This document shows, one piece after another, positions 39,750 through 51,142 of a stretch of DNA of 64,000 nucleotides. This DNA comes from Eledone cirrhosa. Lineage: Eukaryota. Positions within the stretch are counted from its first letter, which is position 1. Each line of letters begins with the position of its first letter. The notes beneath the pieces are model-generated. The model saw only the letters and a list, made by a program, of their open reading frames with translations, was not told the DNA's origin and did not search any database. The translations under genes and the position numbers were made by a program. The stretch is from the NCBI GenBank assembly GCA_964016885.1, contig OZ024746.1, positions 22,258,001 to 22,322,000 on the forward strand, given 5' to 3'.

Positions 39750-40684
39750 ATCATCATCATCATCATCATCAACGTTTAACGTCCATGTTCCACGCTTGCA
39801 TGGGTTTGGATGGGGGTTTTCCCACTTGAGGCAAGAGTGATTGTCTTGCTCGCATAGGACTATCTGGCAGGTTTTCTACAGTTGGATGCCCTTCCTAACA
39901 CCAACCACATTTACAGTGTGGGTCTGGGAGGTTTTTACTGTGTTGCCTGCGTGGACTGTGTGTTTTTTTGTCGTGACACCTACACGATCTCATTTGTTTC
40001 GGCCTGGATGTTGTGGCACCAACATAACTTTACATAGAAGGGGGCGGTGTGGATGGGGTGGGGGTGGTGGGACGGGGGTGTATTTTGTTAGAGATGCCTA
40101 CTGACTGTAGTAGGTTTTACTATGTATTTAGGTAAGGCAGGTCTTCTCTATTACTGAGTACCGCCAAAGGTCTCGGTCCAGTGACATTGTCTTGGAGAGG
40201 TGTAAGTGTGTGAGGTCGGAGTTTATCAGCTCGTCCCAGGTTTTTCTAGGTCTGCCTATTCTGTGGCTACCGTCTATCTTTATTGCCCTGCACTTTGTTA
40301 TACAGCTATCGACTTTCATGCGCATCACGTGTCCATACCAACGTAGCCTTCTCTCGAGTAAACAACATCTGATCCCTCTTATTTCTAATTTTTTCTTTAG
40401 TTCGTTTATGCTTTGCCATTCACGTATATTACTATTACACATCCAGCGAAGCATGCAAGCTTCATTCCTCTCTAGTCTGCGTATATCCTCTGCACACAAT
40501 GCCCAGGTCTCACTGCCATGCAACATTGCAGTTCGTATGCAGGCATCATACAACCTGCCTTTCGTTTTTAGGGAGAACCCTTTAGCGGCTAATAGTGGTA
40601 TAAGCTCTCTGAACTTTTTCCATCCAGTTCTGACTCTAGCTACTGTACTTTCAGAGCACCCTCCCCCACTGCTGATTTTGTCAC

Positions 40685-40688
<4 letters not shown>
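39750..40688 (-). mobile_element. 5'-truncated young RTE LINE
   Basis: Open 186-codon frame GDKISSGGGCSESTVARVRTGWKKFRELIPLL...RLRWYGHV...GRPRKTW, 3' UTR, (GAT)n. Confidence 0.93.
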
Positions 40689-40743
<55 letters not shown>

Positions 40744-40964
40744 CCCTTTACCATTTAAACCGGCTATATCTGGCCAGGATTCTCTCACCTTTTTCTGTTC
40801 AAACTAGCCATAACTGACCAATCATAGTAATGTTAAGGTATTGCTCTCAAGATAAATAATATCAAAATCTCATAGATTCGATATTATGTGAGATAATTAC
40901 GTGAGGTAAAGCTTTTACCATGAAAATATAATAGAAAATATAGAGTAATGTAAATGCTAAAGGG
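40744..40964. mobile_element. piggyBac-type MITE
   Basis: TTAA|CCCTTTA...TAAAGGG|TTAA. Confidence 0.8.
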
Positions 40965-41754
40965 TTAATAATAAGTTGACGAAACTACCATGGGTTTCAC
41001 TGCTAAGACCGTTTACATCTCGGCGTACTCAATAGGTAATGTTAAGTAAACTCCCAGAGTAGACACATAGTTATTCACTTTAACACAACACACATAAATG
41101 GGTACCTTCAATCTATACCTGAACTCAAATTTCTGCCACACTTAATGCAGCAATAGAGTGCACAGCATCCATTGTCCGCATTTATTATGCAACAGTGCAC
41201 GTCCGTGCAAGCTATGATTGAATGTGACGGCCAACACAGTAAAACATTAGCAACTGGAATTCCTATATGTCATTACAATGCCATCAGTCGATTGGCCACT
41301 AGTTCAGAAATTTATGTGATGGCAGGAGACGAAATTCAAATAGTCCCACTCCTGTCATAAGCTCTCAGCCAACGTGTCTGAAACACAAATTAACAAGCGA
41401 GTGAAAAATGGTTATTAAAAAATCAGTCTCCTATTGCTGTACAATAGGATGGTAGCATTTGGCTCTAGTCTCCAAGTCCCATGGCGAGAAATAGTGCGAC
41501 AGTAACAATAGTAGTGCCTAAAACCTCCATCGTTCCACACCAAACAAAATTCTTTCCTCGCTCACATTCGCATGGCCAAGATGTGTCTTTCGTCTTCTCG
41601 TCAATATTCGCATGTTCTTATATTCAAAATGAATTATTGACTTGATTTTCTAATTTTTTCCTCTCTTTACATTGCCTCATCATTCGTGTTTGTTTACCTG
41701 TCTCTCTTTCTCCACCCAACTCTTTTTACCCCAATAACTTATTTTAGTTATTGT

Positions 41755-41836
41755 ATCGCCCTAGCCTGAGGTATATGGTCTGTAATGCGAAGAAATACCT
41801 ATGATGGCTAGTAGACCACTGATGACGGATAGTCCT
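41755..41836 (+). ncRNA. Candidate non-circularly permuted hammerhead ribozyme with kink-turn (copy 1)
   Basis: GGUAUA-UGGUCU...GAAAUACC...AGACCA-CUGAUGA; helices covary with 63590-63670. Confidence 0.6.
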
Positions 41837-42403
41837 GGCTTCTATTTCTAATTCTTCATTTTTATATATCCTATTTGCAACAACACAGGTCGCCATTTTT
41901 CATTTATATATATATGTATATGCCCCCACACCCTCCCACTGCAAAGTGGTTGTGGAGGTGCCACGGCAAAATAGCACCCAGCCCATGCTGTAAAGTGAAC
42001 GTGTAGGCGCCACGGAAAAAAGCACCCAGCACTCACTGTAAATGAGGTTGGTGTTAGGAAGGGCATCCAGCTGTAGAAATCAAGCCAAAATCAGTTCCTG
42101 TATGAGCAAGGCATGGTCAGCCGACTAGATACTGCCCACAACAGGACAACCTGTCTAACCCATGCTAGCATGGAAAAATGGACGTAAAACGGTGATGATG
42201 ATGATGATGATATATATATATATATACAGTATATTGCTAGTTGTATGACAAGCGACAGCTACAGTGTTCACAATATCAATTGCAATGATCTTTCTGATAA
42301 ATATTTATAAAGGAATCTTCAGAATCAAAGTATTTGCTTCAATATCTAGAAAGCTTTTAACACAACCTCAATCAATAATGTACTTGAATCTATCGATAAT
42401 GTG

Positions 42404-45400
42404 TTGTTAAACCCACCATCTACAGCCTGTAATTTGTCAAGGCGGTGGTGGTGGTGGTAGTGGTGGTGGTGGTGGTGGTGGTGGTCATGTTGGTGATGTT
42501 GGTGGTTGTGGTGGTAGTGGTGGTAGTGGTCATGTTGGTGATGGTGGTGGTGGTGGTGGTGGTGATGTTGGTGATGTTGGTGGTGGTGGTGGTGGTGGTG
42601 GTGGTGGTGGTGGTGGTGGTGGTCATGTTGGTGATGTTGGTGGTGGTGGTGGTGGTGGTGGTGGTGGTGGTGGTGGTGGTGGTGGTCATGTTGGTGGTGT
42701 TGGTAGTTGTTAAACCCATCACCTACAGCCTGTAATTTGTGAAGGTGGTGGTGGTGGTGGTGGTGGTCATGTTGGTGATGTTGGTGGTGTTGGTGGTGGT
42801 GGTGGTGGTGGTGGTGGTGGTGGTGGTGGTGGTGGTGATGGTGGTGGTGATGGTGGTGGTGGTGGTGGTGATGGTGGTGGTGGTGGTGGTGGTGGTGGTG
42901 GTGGTAGTGGTGGTGGTAGTGTTAGTTGTTAAACCCATCACCTACAGCCTGTAATTTGTGAAGGTGGTGATGGTGGTGGTGGTGGTGGTGGTGGTGGTGG
43001 TAGTGGTGGTAGTGGTCATGTTGGTGGTGGTGGTGGCGGTGGTGGTGGTGGTAGTTGTTAAACCCATCACCTACAGCCTGTAATTTGTGAAGGTGGTGGT
43101 GGTGATGTTGGTGGTGGTGGTGGTGGTGGTGGTGGTGGTGGTGGTGGTGGTGGTGATGGTGGTGGTGGTGGTGGTGGTAGTGGTGGTGGTAGTGGTAGTT
43201 GTTAAACCCATCACCTACAGCCTGTAATTTGTGAAGGTGGTGGTGGTGATGGTGGTGGTGGTGGTGGTGGTGGTGGTGGTAGTGGTGGTAGTGGTCATGT
43301 TGGTGGTGGTGGTGGTGGTGGCGGTGGTGGTGGTGGTAGTTGTTAAACCCATCACCTACAGCCTGTAATTTGTGAAGGTGGTGGTGATGGTGGTGGTGGT
43401 GGTGGTAGTGGTGGTGGTCATGTTGGTGATGTTGGTGGTGGTGGTGCTGGTGATGGTGGTGGTGGTCATGTTGGTGGTGTTGGTAGTTGTTAAACTCATC
43501 ACCTACAGCCTGTAATTTGCCATGGTGGTGGTGGTGGTGGTGGTGGTGGTAGTGGTGGTGGTAGTTGTTACACCCACCACCTCCACCCAGTAATTTATCA
43601 AGGTGATGGTTGTGGTGGTGTGGGTAGATGTTGTTACACCTACAACCCAAACCCTGTAATTTGTCAAGGTGGTGGTGATGGTGATTGTGCTGGTCACATT
43701 AGAGGTGGTGGTGGTGATGGTGGTGGTTGTGGTGGTGGTTGTGGTGGTGGAGGTGCTGTCGTTGTTAAACCCACTACCTAAAGCCTGTAATTTGTCATGA
43801 TGGTGGTAGTGGTGATTGTGTTGGTAGTGGTGGTGTTGGTGGTGGAAATAGTGGTGGTGGTGGTAAGGGTGATTGTGTTGGTAGTGGTGGTGTTGGTGGT
43901 GGAAATAGTGGTGGTGGTGGTAGTGGTGATTGTGTTGGTAGTGGTGGTGTTGGTGGTGGTAATAGTGGTGGTGGTGGTAAGGGTGATTGTGTTGGTAGTG
44001 GTGGTGTTGGTAGTGGTAATAGTGGTGGTGGTGGTGGTAGTGGTGATTGTGTTGGTAGTGGTGGTGTTGGTGGTGGAAATAGTGGTGGTGGTGGTAAGGG
44101 TGATTGTGTTGGTAGTGGTGGTGTTGGTGGTGGAAATAGTGGTGGTGGTGGTGGTAGTGGTGATTGTGTTGGTAGTGGTGGTGTTGGTGGTGGAAATAGT
44201 GGTGGTGGTGGTGGTAGTGGTGATTGTGTTGGTAGTGGTGGTGTTGGTGGTGGTAATAGTGGTGGTGGTGGTGGTGGTAGTGGTGATTGTGTTGGTAGTG
44301 GTGGTGTTGGTGGTGGAAATAGTGGTGGTGGTGGTAGTGGTGATTGTGTTGGTAGTGGTGGTGTTGGTGGTGGTAATAGTGGTGGTGGTGGTAGTGGTGG
44401 TGTTGGTGGTGGTAATAGTGATTGTGTTGGTAGTGGTGGTGTTGGTGGTGGTAATAGTGGTGGTGGTGGTAGTGGTAGTGTTGGTGGTGGTAATGGTGGT
44501 GGTGGTAGTGGTGATTGTGTTGAGTGGTGGTGTTGGTGGTGGTAATGGTGATTGTGTTGGTAGTGGTGGTGTTGGTGGTGGTAATAGTGGTGGTGGTGGT
44601 AGTGGTGGTGTTGGTGGTGGTAATAGTGGTGGTGGTGGTAGTGGTGGTGTTGGTGGTGGTAATGGTGATTGTGTTGGTAGTGGTGGTGTTGGTGGTGGTA
44701 ATAGTGGTGGTGGTGGTAGTGTTGGTGGTGGTAATAGTGGTGGTGGTGGTAGTGGTGGTGTTGGTGGTGGTAATAGTGATTGTGTGGTAGTGGTGGTGTT
44801 GGTAGTGGTAATAGTGGTGGTGGTGGTAGTGTTGGTGGTGGTAATAGTGGTGGTGGTGGTAGTGGTGGTGTTGGTGGTGGTAATGGTGATTGTGTTGGTA
44901 GTGGTAGTGTTGGTGGTGGTAATATTGGTGGTGGTGGTAGTGGTAGTGTTGGTAATGGTGGTGGTGGTAGTGGTGATTGTGTTGAGTGGTGGTGTTGGTG
45001 GTGGTAATAGTGGTGGTGGTGGTAGTGGTAGTGTTGGTGGTGGTAATGGTGGTGGTGGTAGTGGTGATTGTGTTGAGTGGTGGTGTTGGTGGTGGTAATG
45101 GTGATTGTGTTGGTAGTGGTGGTGTTGGTGTTGGTGGTGGTGGTGGTGGTGATGGTAGTGTTGGTGTTGGTGGTGGTGGCAGTGGTGGTAATGTTGATTG
45201 TGTTGGTAGTGGTGGTAGTGATGGTGGTGGTAGTGATGGTGGTGGTAATGTTGCTGTTGGTGGTGGTGGCAGTGGTGGTAATGTTGATTGTGTTGGTAGT
45301 GGTGGTAGTGATGGTGGTGGTGGTGGTGTTGGTGGTGTTGGTAGTGGTGGTGGTAGTTGTTGTTGTGGTTGGTAGTGGTGGTAGTTGTTGTTAAACCACC

Positions 45401-45745
45401 TCCTACACACTGAAATTTGACACACTGAAATTTGTCATGGTGGTGGAGATGGCAGTAGTTGTTGTTAAACCCACCACCACCACCACCACCCAGTAATTTG
45501 TCATGGTGGTAGTGATGGTGGTGGTGGTAGTTGTTGTTAAACCCACCTACACTCTGTAATTTGTCAAGGTGGTGGTAGTGGTGGTGGTAGTGGTGACAGT
45601 GGTGGTGGTGGTGGTGGTGACAGTAGTAGTGGTGGTGGTTGTGGTGACAGTGGTGGTGGTGGTGGTTGTGGTGACAGTGGTGGTGGTGGTGGTGACAGTG
45701 GTGGTGGTGGTGACAGTGGTGGTGGTGGTGGTGGTGGTGGTGGAA
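42404..45745. repeat. 3.3 kb (GGT)n-based compound satellite with a recurring ~40 bp unique motif
   Basis: GTAGTTGTTAAACCCATCACCTACAGCCTGTAATTTGTGAAG and variants occur about 13 times; a ~57-63 bp higher-order unit runs through 43800-44400. Confidence 0.95.
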
Positions 45746-45990
45746 TAGACTTCAATTAGTTTCAAGGATGGGTGCTCCAGTTGTTCAGTCATTGATTGGA
45801 ACAAACCAGCTCATGAAATTAATGTGTAAGTGGTTGAGCATTCTACAGGCACGTGGACCCAGGGAGATTCAGCATGTCACAGTGTATGATCCTTTAAATT
45901 ACAGTGACATGAAGAGAACGAAAACAGTATAATAAAATTCTTTGACCCTTTTGTGACCATATTTCTAAGAAGAATATACTGTGTTTTCAT

Positions 45991-46600
45991 TTGGCAGTAT
46001 CGGTAGAGGGTCAGACGCCATGCTTTGCAGCAAAGAGTTACGGCCCTTTATGGTCTGAGTTCAAATCCCGCCGGGGTTAACTTTGCCTTTCATCCTTACG
46101 AAGTCGATAAAATAAAGTACCAGTAATACACTGGAATAATTGCCGGCCTTGTGCCAAAAGTAGAAATAATTATCAAAAGGAGAATTGGCAGTATTAATAG
46201 AGCGTCAGACACCAAGCTTTGCAGTATAGAGTTATGGCCCTTTGCATTGTGTGTAAATCCCACCAAGGTTAGCTTTGCTTTTCATCCTTACAGGGTCGAT
46301 CAAATAAAGTACCAGTAATGCACTGGGGTCAATTTAATCGACTTTCCCCTCCCTTTCAAATTGTTGGCCTAAAGTAGAAACAATTATCAAAATTATCAAT
46401 AATTTATGAGAGGTTTAGTTAAATAACTAACTTCTAACTTAATAATTGTTTCTATTTTTAGCACAAGGCTAACAAATACCCAGTACATTACTGGTACTTT
46501 ATTTTATCAACCCCGTAAGGATAAAAGGCAAAGTTAACCTCAACGGGATTTGAACTCAGATCGTAATGGGACGTAACTATGCTAGAAAGCATGGCGTCCA
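45991..46600. mobile_element. Three family A SINEs (+,+,-)
   Basis: Consensus matches at 45991-46172, 46185-46386 and 46441-46600. Confidence 0.85.
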
Positions 46601-46713
46601 ACTTCAAACTTAATAATAATAACCAACAAATATAACAACTGTAATCTAATAGTATCTGATGTGAAATAACAGGATTTCAGTCAAAGGTTTGAATTTAGAT
46701 TTGAACACTTTAA

Positions 46714-46918
46714 CCCTTTAGCATTTAAAACGGCCATGTCCAGCCAGAATTCTCTCTCCTCTCTCTGTTCAAACCAGCTTAACTGACCACTCATACTGAT
46801 GTTAAGGTATTACTGTCAAAATCTCATAGATTCGATATTATGTGAGATAATTATGTGAGTTAAAGCCTTTACCGTGAAAATATAATAGTAAATATAGAAT
46901 AATGTAAATGATAAAGGG
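46714..46918. mobile_element. piggyBac-type MITE
   Basis: TTAA|CCCTTTA...TAAAGGG|TTAA. Confidence 0.8.
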
Positions 46919-47665
46919 TTAATAGATGTTATTTAAAAAATTACTTTTGTCAGTGTGAACCATTTACTTGGTACATAGATAAAGAACTTTGGAACCAAGA
47001 ATCATACGTTTAATACAAGATAATTTGTTGTTATCAGTCATTGTAGCAGAACTGAGCCTTATAAATGTTGGGATTAGATAAATAGTTACTGCTGTATGTT
47101 ATGAATATTGTAATGTTATGAATAGGTACTTTGTGGGATTTATTAATCATCTGATCTTAAAAGGATTAGCATTAGGAAGAGTGTTCAGCTGTAAAATATT
47201 GCCTCAGAAAGAATCCTGTTACGTGTGTGTGAAGCCTTGATGATGCCTGCAAGGTTAAACCCTGCTTTAACTGGGAAAATTGCCTAGAGACACATGTTAT
47301 TGTTGTGCGATATATATGTGTATAGACGGCAAATTGGCAGAGTCATTTGAACATCAGATAGAATGCTTTATGGTATTCATTCCAGCTCTCTGCTTGCTGA
47401 GTTCAAATCCCGCCGAGGTCAACTTTGCCTTTTATCTTTTCGAGGTCGATAACAAAGTACCAGTCTAGTACTGGGGTCGATCCTTCCTCTATATCTCTTT
47501 TGCAATACCCCTCTCTCTCACTTTCTATCTTTCTCTGGAAGAATCTGCTATATTCAGACCTGGGGAGGGATGGGCTCCGCCAGGCTTAAAATGCCCAAGA
47601 AATACTATATGTCAATATGGCGCCCCTACGACTCTATCAGGGACCATACCATATATGTATGTATG

Positions 47666-47711
<46 letters not shown>

Positions 47712-47716
<5 letters not shown>

Positions 47717-48391
47717 GAACTAAGGAAAAAATTAGAAATAAGAGGGATCAGATGTTGTTTACTCGAGAGAAGGCTACGTTGGTATGGACACGTGATGCGC
47801 ATGAAGGATGATAGCTGTATAACAAAGTGCAGGGCAATAAAGATAGACGGTAGCCACGGAATAGGCAGACCCAGAAAAACCTGGGACGAGCTGATAAACT
47901 CTGACCTCACACACTTACACCTCTCCAAGACAATGTCACTGGACCGAGACCTTTGGCGGTACTCAGTAATAGAGAAGACCCGCCTTACCTAAATACATAG
48001 TAAAACCTACTACAGCCAGTAGGCATCTCTAACAAAATACACCCCGTCCCACCACCACCACCCCCACCCCATCCACACCACCCCGTTCTATGTAAAGTTA
48101 TGTTGGTGCCGCGCCATCCAGGCCGAAACAAATGAGATCGTGTAGGTGTCACGACAAAAAAACACACAGTCCACGCTGTAATGTGGCCGTGTAGGCAACA
48201 CGGTAAAAACCTCCCAGACCCACACTGTAAATGTGGTTGGTGTTAGGTAGGGCATCCAACTGTAGAAAACCTGCCAGACAGTCCTATGCGAGCAAGACAA
48301 TCACTCTTGCCTCAAGTGGGACTACCCCCGTCCAAACCCATGCAAGCGTGGAACACGGACGTTAAACGTTGATGATGATGATGATGATGAT
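47712..48391 (+). mobile_element. 5'-truncated young RTE LINE
   Basis: NELRKKLEIRGIRCCLLERRLRWYGHV...DRDLWR, with a 3' UTR nearly identical to the 12.1 kb copy. Confidence 0.92.
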
Positions 48392-48841
48392 ATATTGGTA
48401 AACGGAATAGAAAATACTGACAAATTGTTCACAGTGAAAAATAGTTTAATTAGGAATAAGTGAGAATTAGTAATTGTATTGGTTAGTATTCAGTTTTGGT
48501 TTTAAGTTTTACCGGTTGCGCATTTCTAATGCTTTTCAAAAATAATTTTGAGATAGAGCGTCCGTGATGTTTGCTCTGATCTGATTAGTTTTGGGAATTC
48601 TACCTGTTTTTATGTTAAAAAAGTGGCTCCAGCGGTATTAAAATAAATTTTGCGCCAATTCGTGTTGCAAAAATTCTTGTGGTCAAAACAATTTTGATTG
48701 GTTGGTAGAGGTCATGTGAATGTAAAAAATTGATTTTGCGCCAAATGTAGGTTTGTGTTGGCTGCCAATATATAATAACTTGTGTGTTACACCTCTATTC
48801 TTTTAAATATATATATATATATATATAGGAAAATGTTCAAG

Positions 48842-48933
48842 ACCCGACGCAGAGCTCAAGCCGTTTCGATGGCTATTTCTGGACTAAATTAGATTTTTAG
48901 CATGGTAGTAAATAGCCAAACTTTTCAAGGGGT
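48842..48933 (-). ncRNA. Hammerhead-like motif, U3-A8 core, long stem II
   Basis: ACCCC-UUGAAAA-guUUGGCUAUUU...AAAUAGCCAuc-GAAA-CGGCUUGAGCUCUGC-GUC-GGGU. Confidence 0.6.
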
Positions 48934-49074
48934 AATTCCTTATATGGGCATGTGATGATGATGCATTTCTGAAGATAATAGAATAATATTCTTCAAATTT
49001 AGAATTAACTTATGAAAAGGTGTGCCAACAGTAAGTACTGAAACAATCACAAGGAAGAAAATCAAACTTTCTAG

Positions 49075-49452
49075 TTGTTGTCTTCCTGTTTCTTCAACTA
49101 CAACAACTACAACGGTACGCGATGGGGCCCACCCACAGCCCCGGTGGACAGAATGGAGAAGGCGTTTCCCCGGAGGATGGCGAGGGAGACGCGCTGGAAG
49201 AGCCACGCCAACTCGCAGGGCTCACACTTGCGGCTGGCCAGCTCAGCGCCTATGGTGGTGAGTAAGGAGGTAGCCCTGGGGCCGAAGACACCAGAAGTCT
49301 CCACTGCCAGGGGTACGACCGCAAACCAGTCGGAGAGCGACCAGTATTTGAAGAGTTTGGCCCCCTCAGCCCGACGTGCAGCAGAACCTGGGTCAGTCGC
49401 AGACTGCACCAGGTTGCGGCTGCAGAAAGTGTCGGTGCAAGTGGCGATGTCA
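49075..49452 (-). mobile_element. CRE-clade non-LTR retrotransposon 3' fragment (restriction-like endonuclease)
   Basis: DIATCTDT...GSAARRAEGAKLFKY..L...VPLAVETSGVFG...IG...LFQRVSLAILRGNA. Confidence 0.8.
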
Positions 49453-50040
49453 AAAAGATTGGTCAAAATTTCTTGTAAACACAATTAAATCTTTCATGGC
49501 GGTGGGTGGTTGAACTTGCCTGTAGAACAATGAGGGAGTGGGTTAAGCCGGTCAAGCGTTGAAAGTGAATTCTATACAGCAAATTCTAAGGAGTGTGGAT
49601 GAATAAGGCTAGCTAGAAATCAGGCGAAAAAAGAATTCTAGAGGAATCTGAGAGTAGAAGTTATAAAATTAACAAATTAAAAAGTTAATAAATTAAAATA
49701 AAAAAATTAAAAAATCATAAATAATAATATTAAAAAATTAAATAATAAAAAATAATAAAAACTAGAGTCTAAAACAGCTGCTATATTTTTAGCTGGTATT
49801 GCGTTTTCGGCCAATGCTATATAGAATTTACAGGGGTGGGGGTACTGAGGCTACAAAAGCCCGAAGGGCTGCTTCAGGGTAAGCGAAAGAGGAAGAAGGA
49901 AAAGGGAAAGGAGAAGGAGTGGAAGGCAGTGAGAAGAAGAGATAAGGGGGAAAAGAAAAGAATTACATCTACCTAGGTATGCTGGGGTTTCCCCTATCTT
50001 GTTTGGCAAGTGGGGAAAAGAAAGATGTTACAGCCATTGT

Positions 50041-50560
50041 CTACCCACCCGGGTTATGAGGGGGTTTGAGGGCAAGGTAAGTCCTACGCAATCGATGTTT
50101 ACATGCGGTTACAAGTTCATCTTTTTTGTTTAGGAGTTGATCCTTCGTAAACAACATTTGTATTGTTTCCTCCCAGCATAAGTTACATGGATGGCGTCCT
50201 CCCGTGTATGAGTTAGCCCTGGAAAGTAAGCTCCAAGTAAGATGGTATGTGATGTTATTATCTTGGAAGTTCCAGATGTGGCCCAAAGGTGTAGTGGCAT
50301 GTCGCCGGGCCGGGTTTCTGAACGTATGTAGGTGTTGGTAGAGCCGGGTCTTAAAGTCACAAGCGGTTAATCCTATATAGGCTTTGTTTTCCGTCCTCAC
50401 ATTGCATTGGTAGATCACGTTACGTTCTCAGCATCTCTTGTTGAGGGGACACGTAGATCTATCAGGGCAGTTACGCCCCCTGGTTGGCTCTCCACTAATG
50501 TCTAGGTTGTTTCTTCCATAGGAGTTGAGTTTCTTGTTGTTTGAGGAGGCGATGTTTTGT
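50041..50560 (-). pseudogene. PLE Cys-linker and GIY-YIG endonuclease remnant
   Basis: NCPDRSTCPLNKRC*ERNVIYQC...KAYIGLTACDFKTRLYQH...W..L..A..Y.GG..CNLCWEE...LLNKKDELVTACKHR, with one in-frame stop. Confidence 0.88.
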
Positions 50561-50562
50561 GC

Positions 50563-50706
50563 GAAGTCAATTTCCTGGGCGTTACCCTCAACCTCAAAAA
50601 TGATCTGTACTACCCATACAGGAAACCAAATGACAACCTACACTACATCCACCGCCGCTCTAACCATCCTAGAAACATCAAAAATAACCTGGTTAAAAAC
50701 ATCTCC
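50563..50706 (+). pseudogene. PLE reverse transcriptase motif 7/thumb fragment
   Basis: EVNFLGVTLNLKNDLYYPYRKPNDNLHYIHRRSNHPRNIKNNL. Confidence 0.85.
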
Positions 50707-50934
50707 CCCTAAGGAATTACCCCTTAAAAAGTTCAGCTATTTACTACCACGTTAAAAATCTAATTTAGTCCAGAAATAGCCGTCGAAACGGCTTGAGCTC
50801 TGCCGTCGGTGTCTTGAACATTTTCCTATTACCCACTCTACTACCCAAAGTATTGAGTACTCTGGTGCGTTATGGTCCACCTGGTTCCTTACCACACCTC
50901 CTTCGTTATATATATATATATATATATATATATA

Positions 50935-51142
50935 ACGTGTAGGCAACACGGTAAAAACCTCCCAGACCCACACTGTAAATGTGGTTGGTGTTAGGAAGGG
51001 CATCCAACTGTAGAAAACCTGCCAGACAGTCCTATGCGAGCAAGACAATCACTCTTGCCTCAAGTGGGACTACCCCCGTCCAAACCCATGCAAGCGTGGA
51101 ACACGGACGTTAAACGTTGATGATGATGATGATGATGATGAT
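50935..51142 (+). mobile_element. RTE 3' UTR-only insertion
   Basis: Nearly identical to 48189-48391, with a (GAT)n tail. Confidence 0.9.

Larger units (their letters stand above)
48827..50908. mobile_element. Rearranged Penelope-like (Neptune-type) element with inverted pseudo-LTRs
   Basis: 48827-48942 is the inverted copy of 50710-50828. GIY-YIG lies on minus and an RT-thumb fragment on plus; (TA)n on both sides. Confidence 0.85.

Noticed and set aside
42404-43800. CRISPR-like look of a constant motif with variable spacers
   Set aside because: Spacers are (GGT)n microsatellite of varying length, the context is eukaryotic, and there are no cas genes.
48645-48748. Two TTTTGCGCCAA E2F-like sites with ATTGG boxes
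   Set aside because: No adjacent gene, and it lies between retroelements; could be transposon sequence or chance.
49790-49885. Minus-strand CUGAAGC, AGCC/GGCU hairpin and later GAAAAC as another hammerhead
   Set aside because: A9 is missing and I could not form stems I and III consistently.
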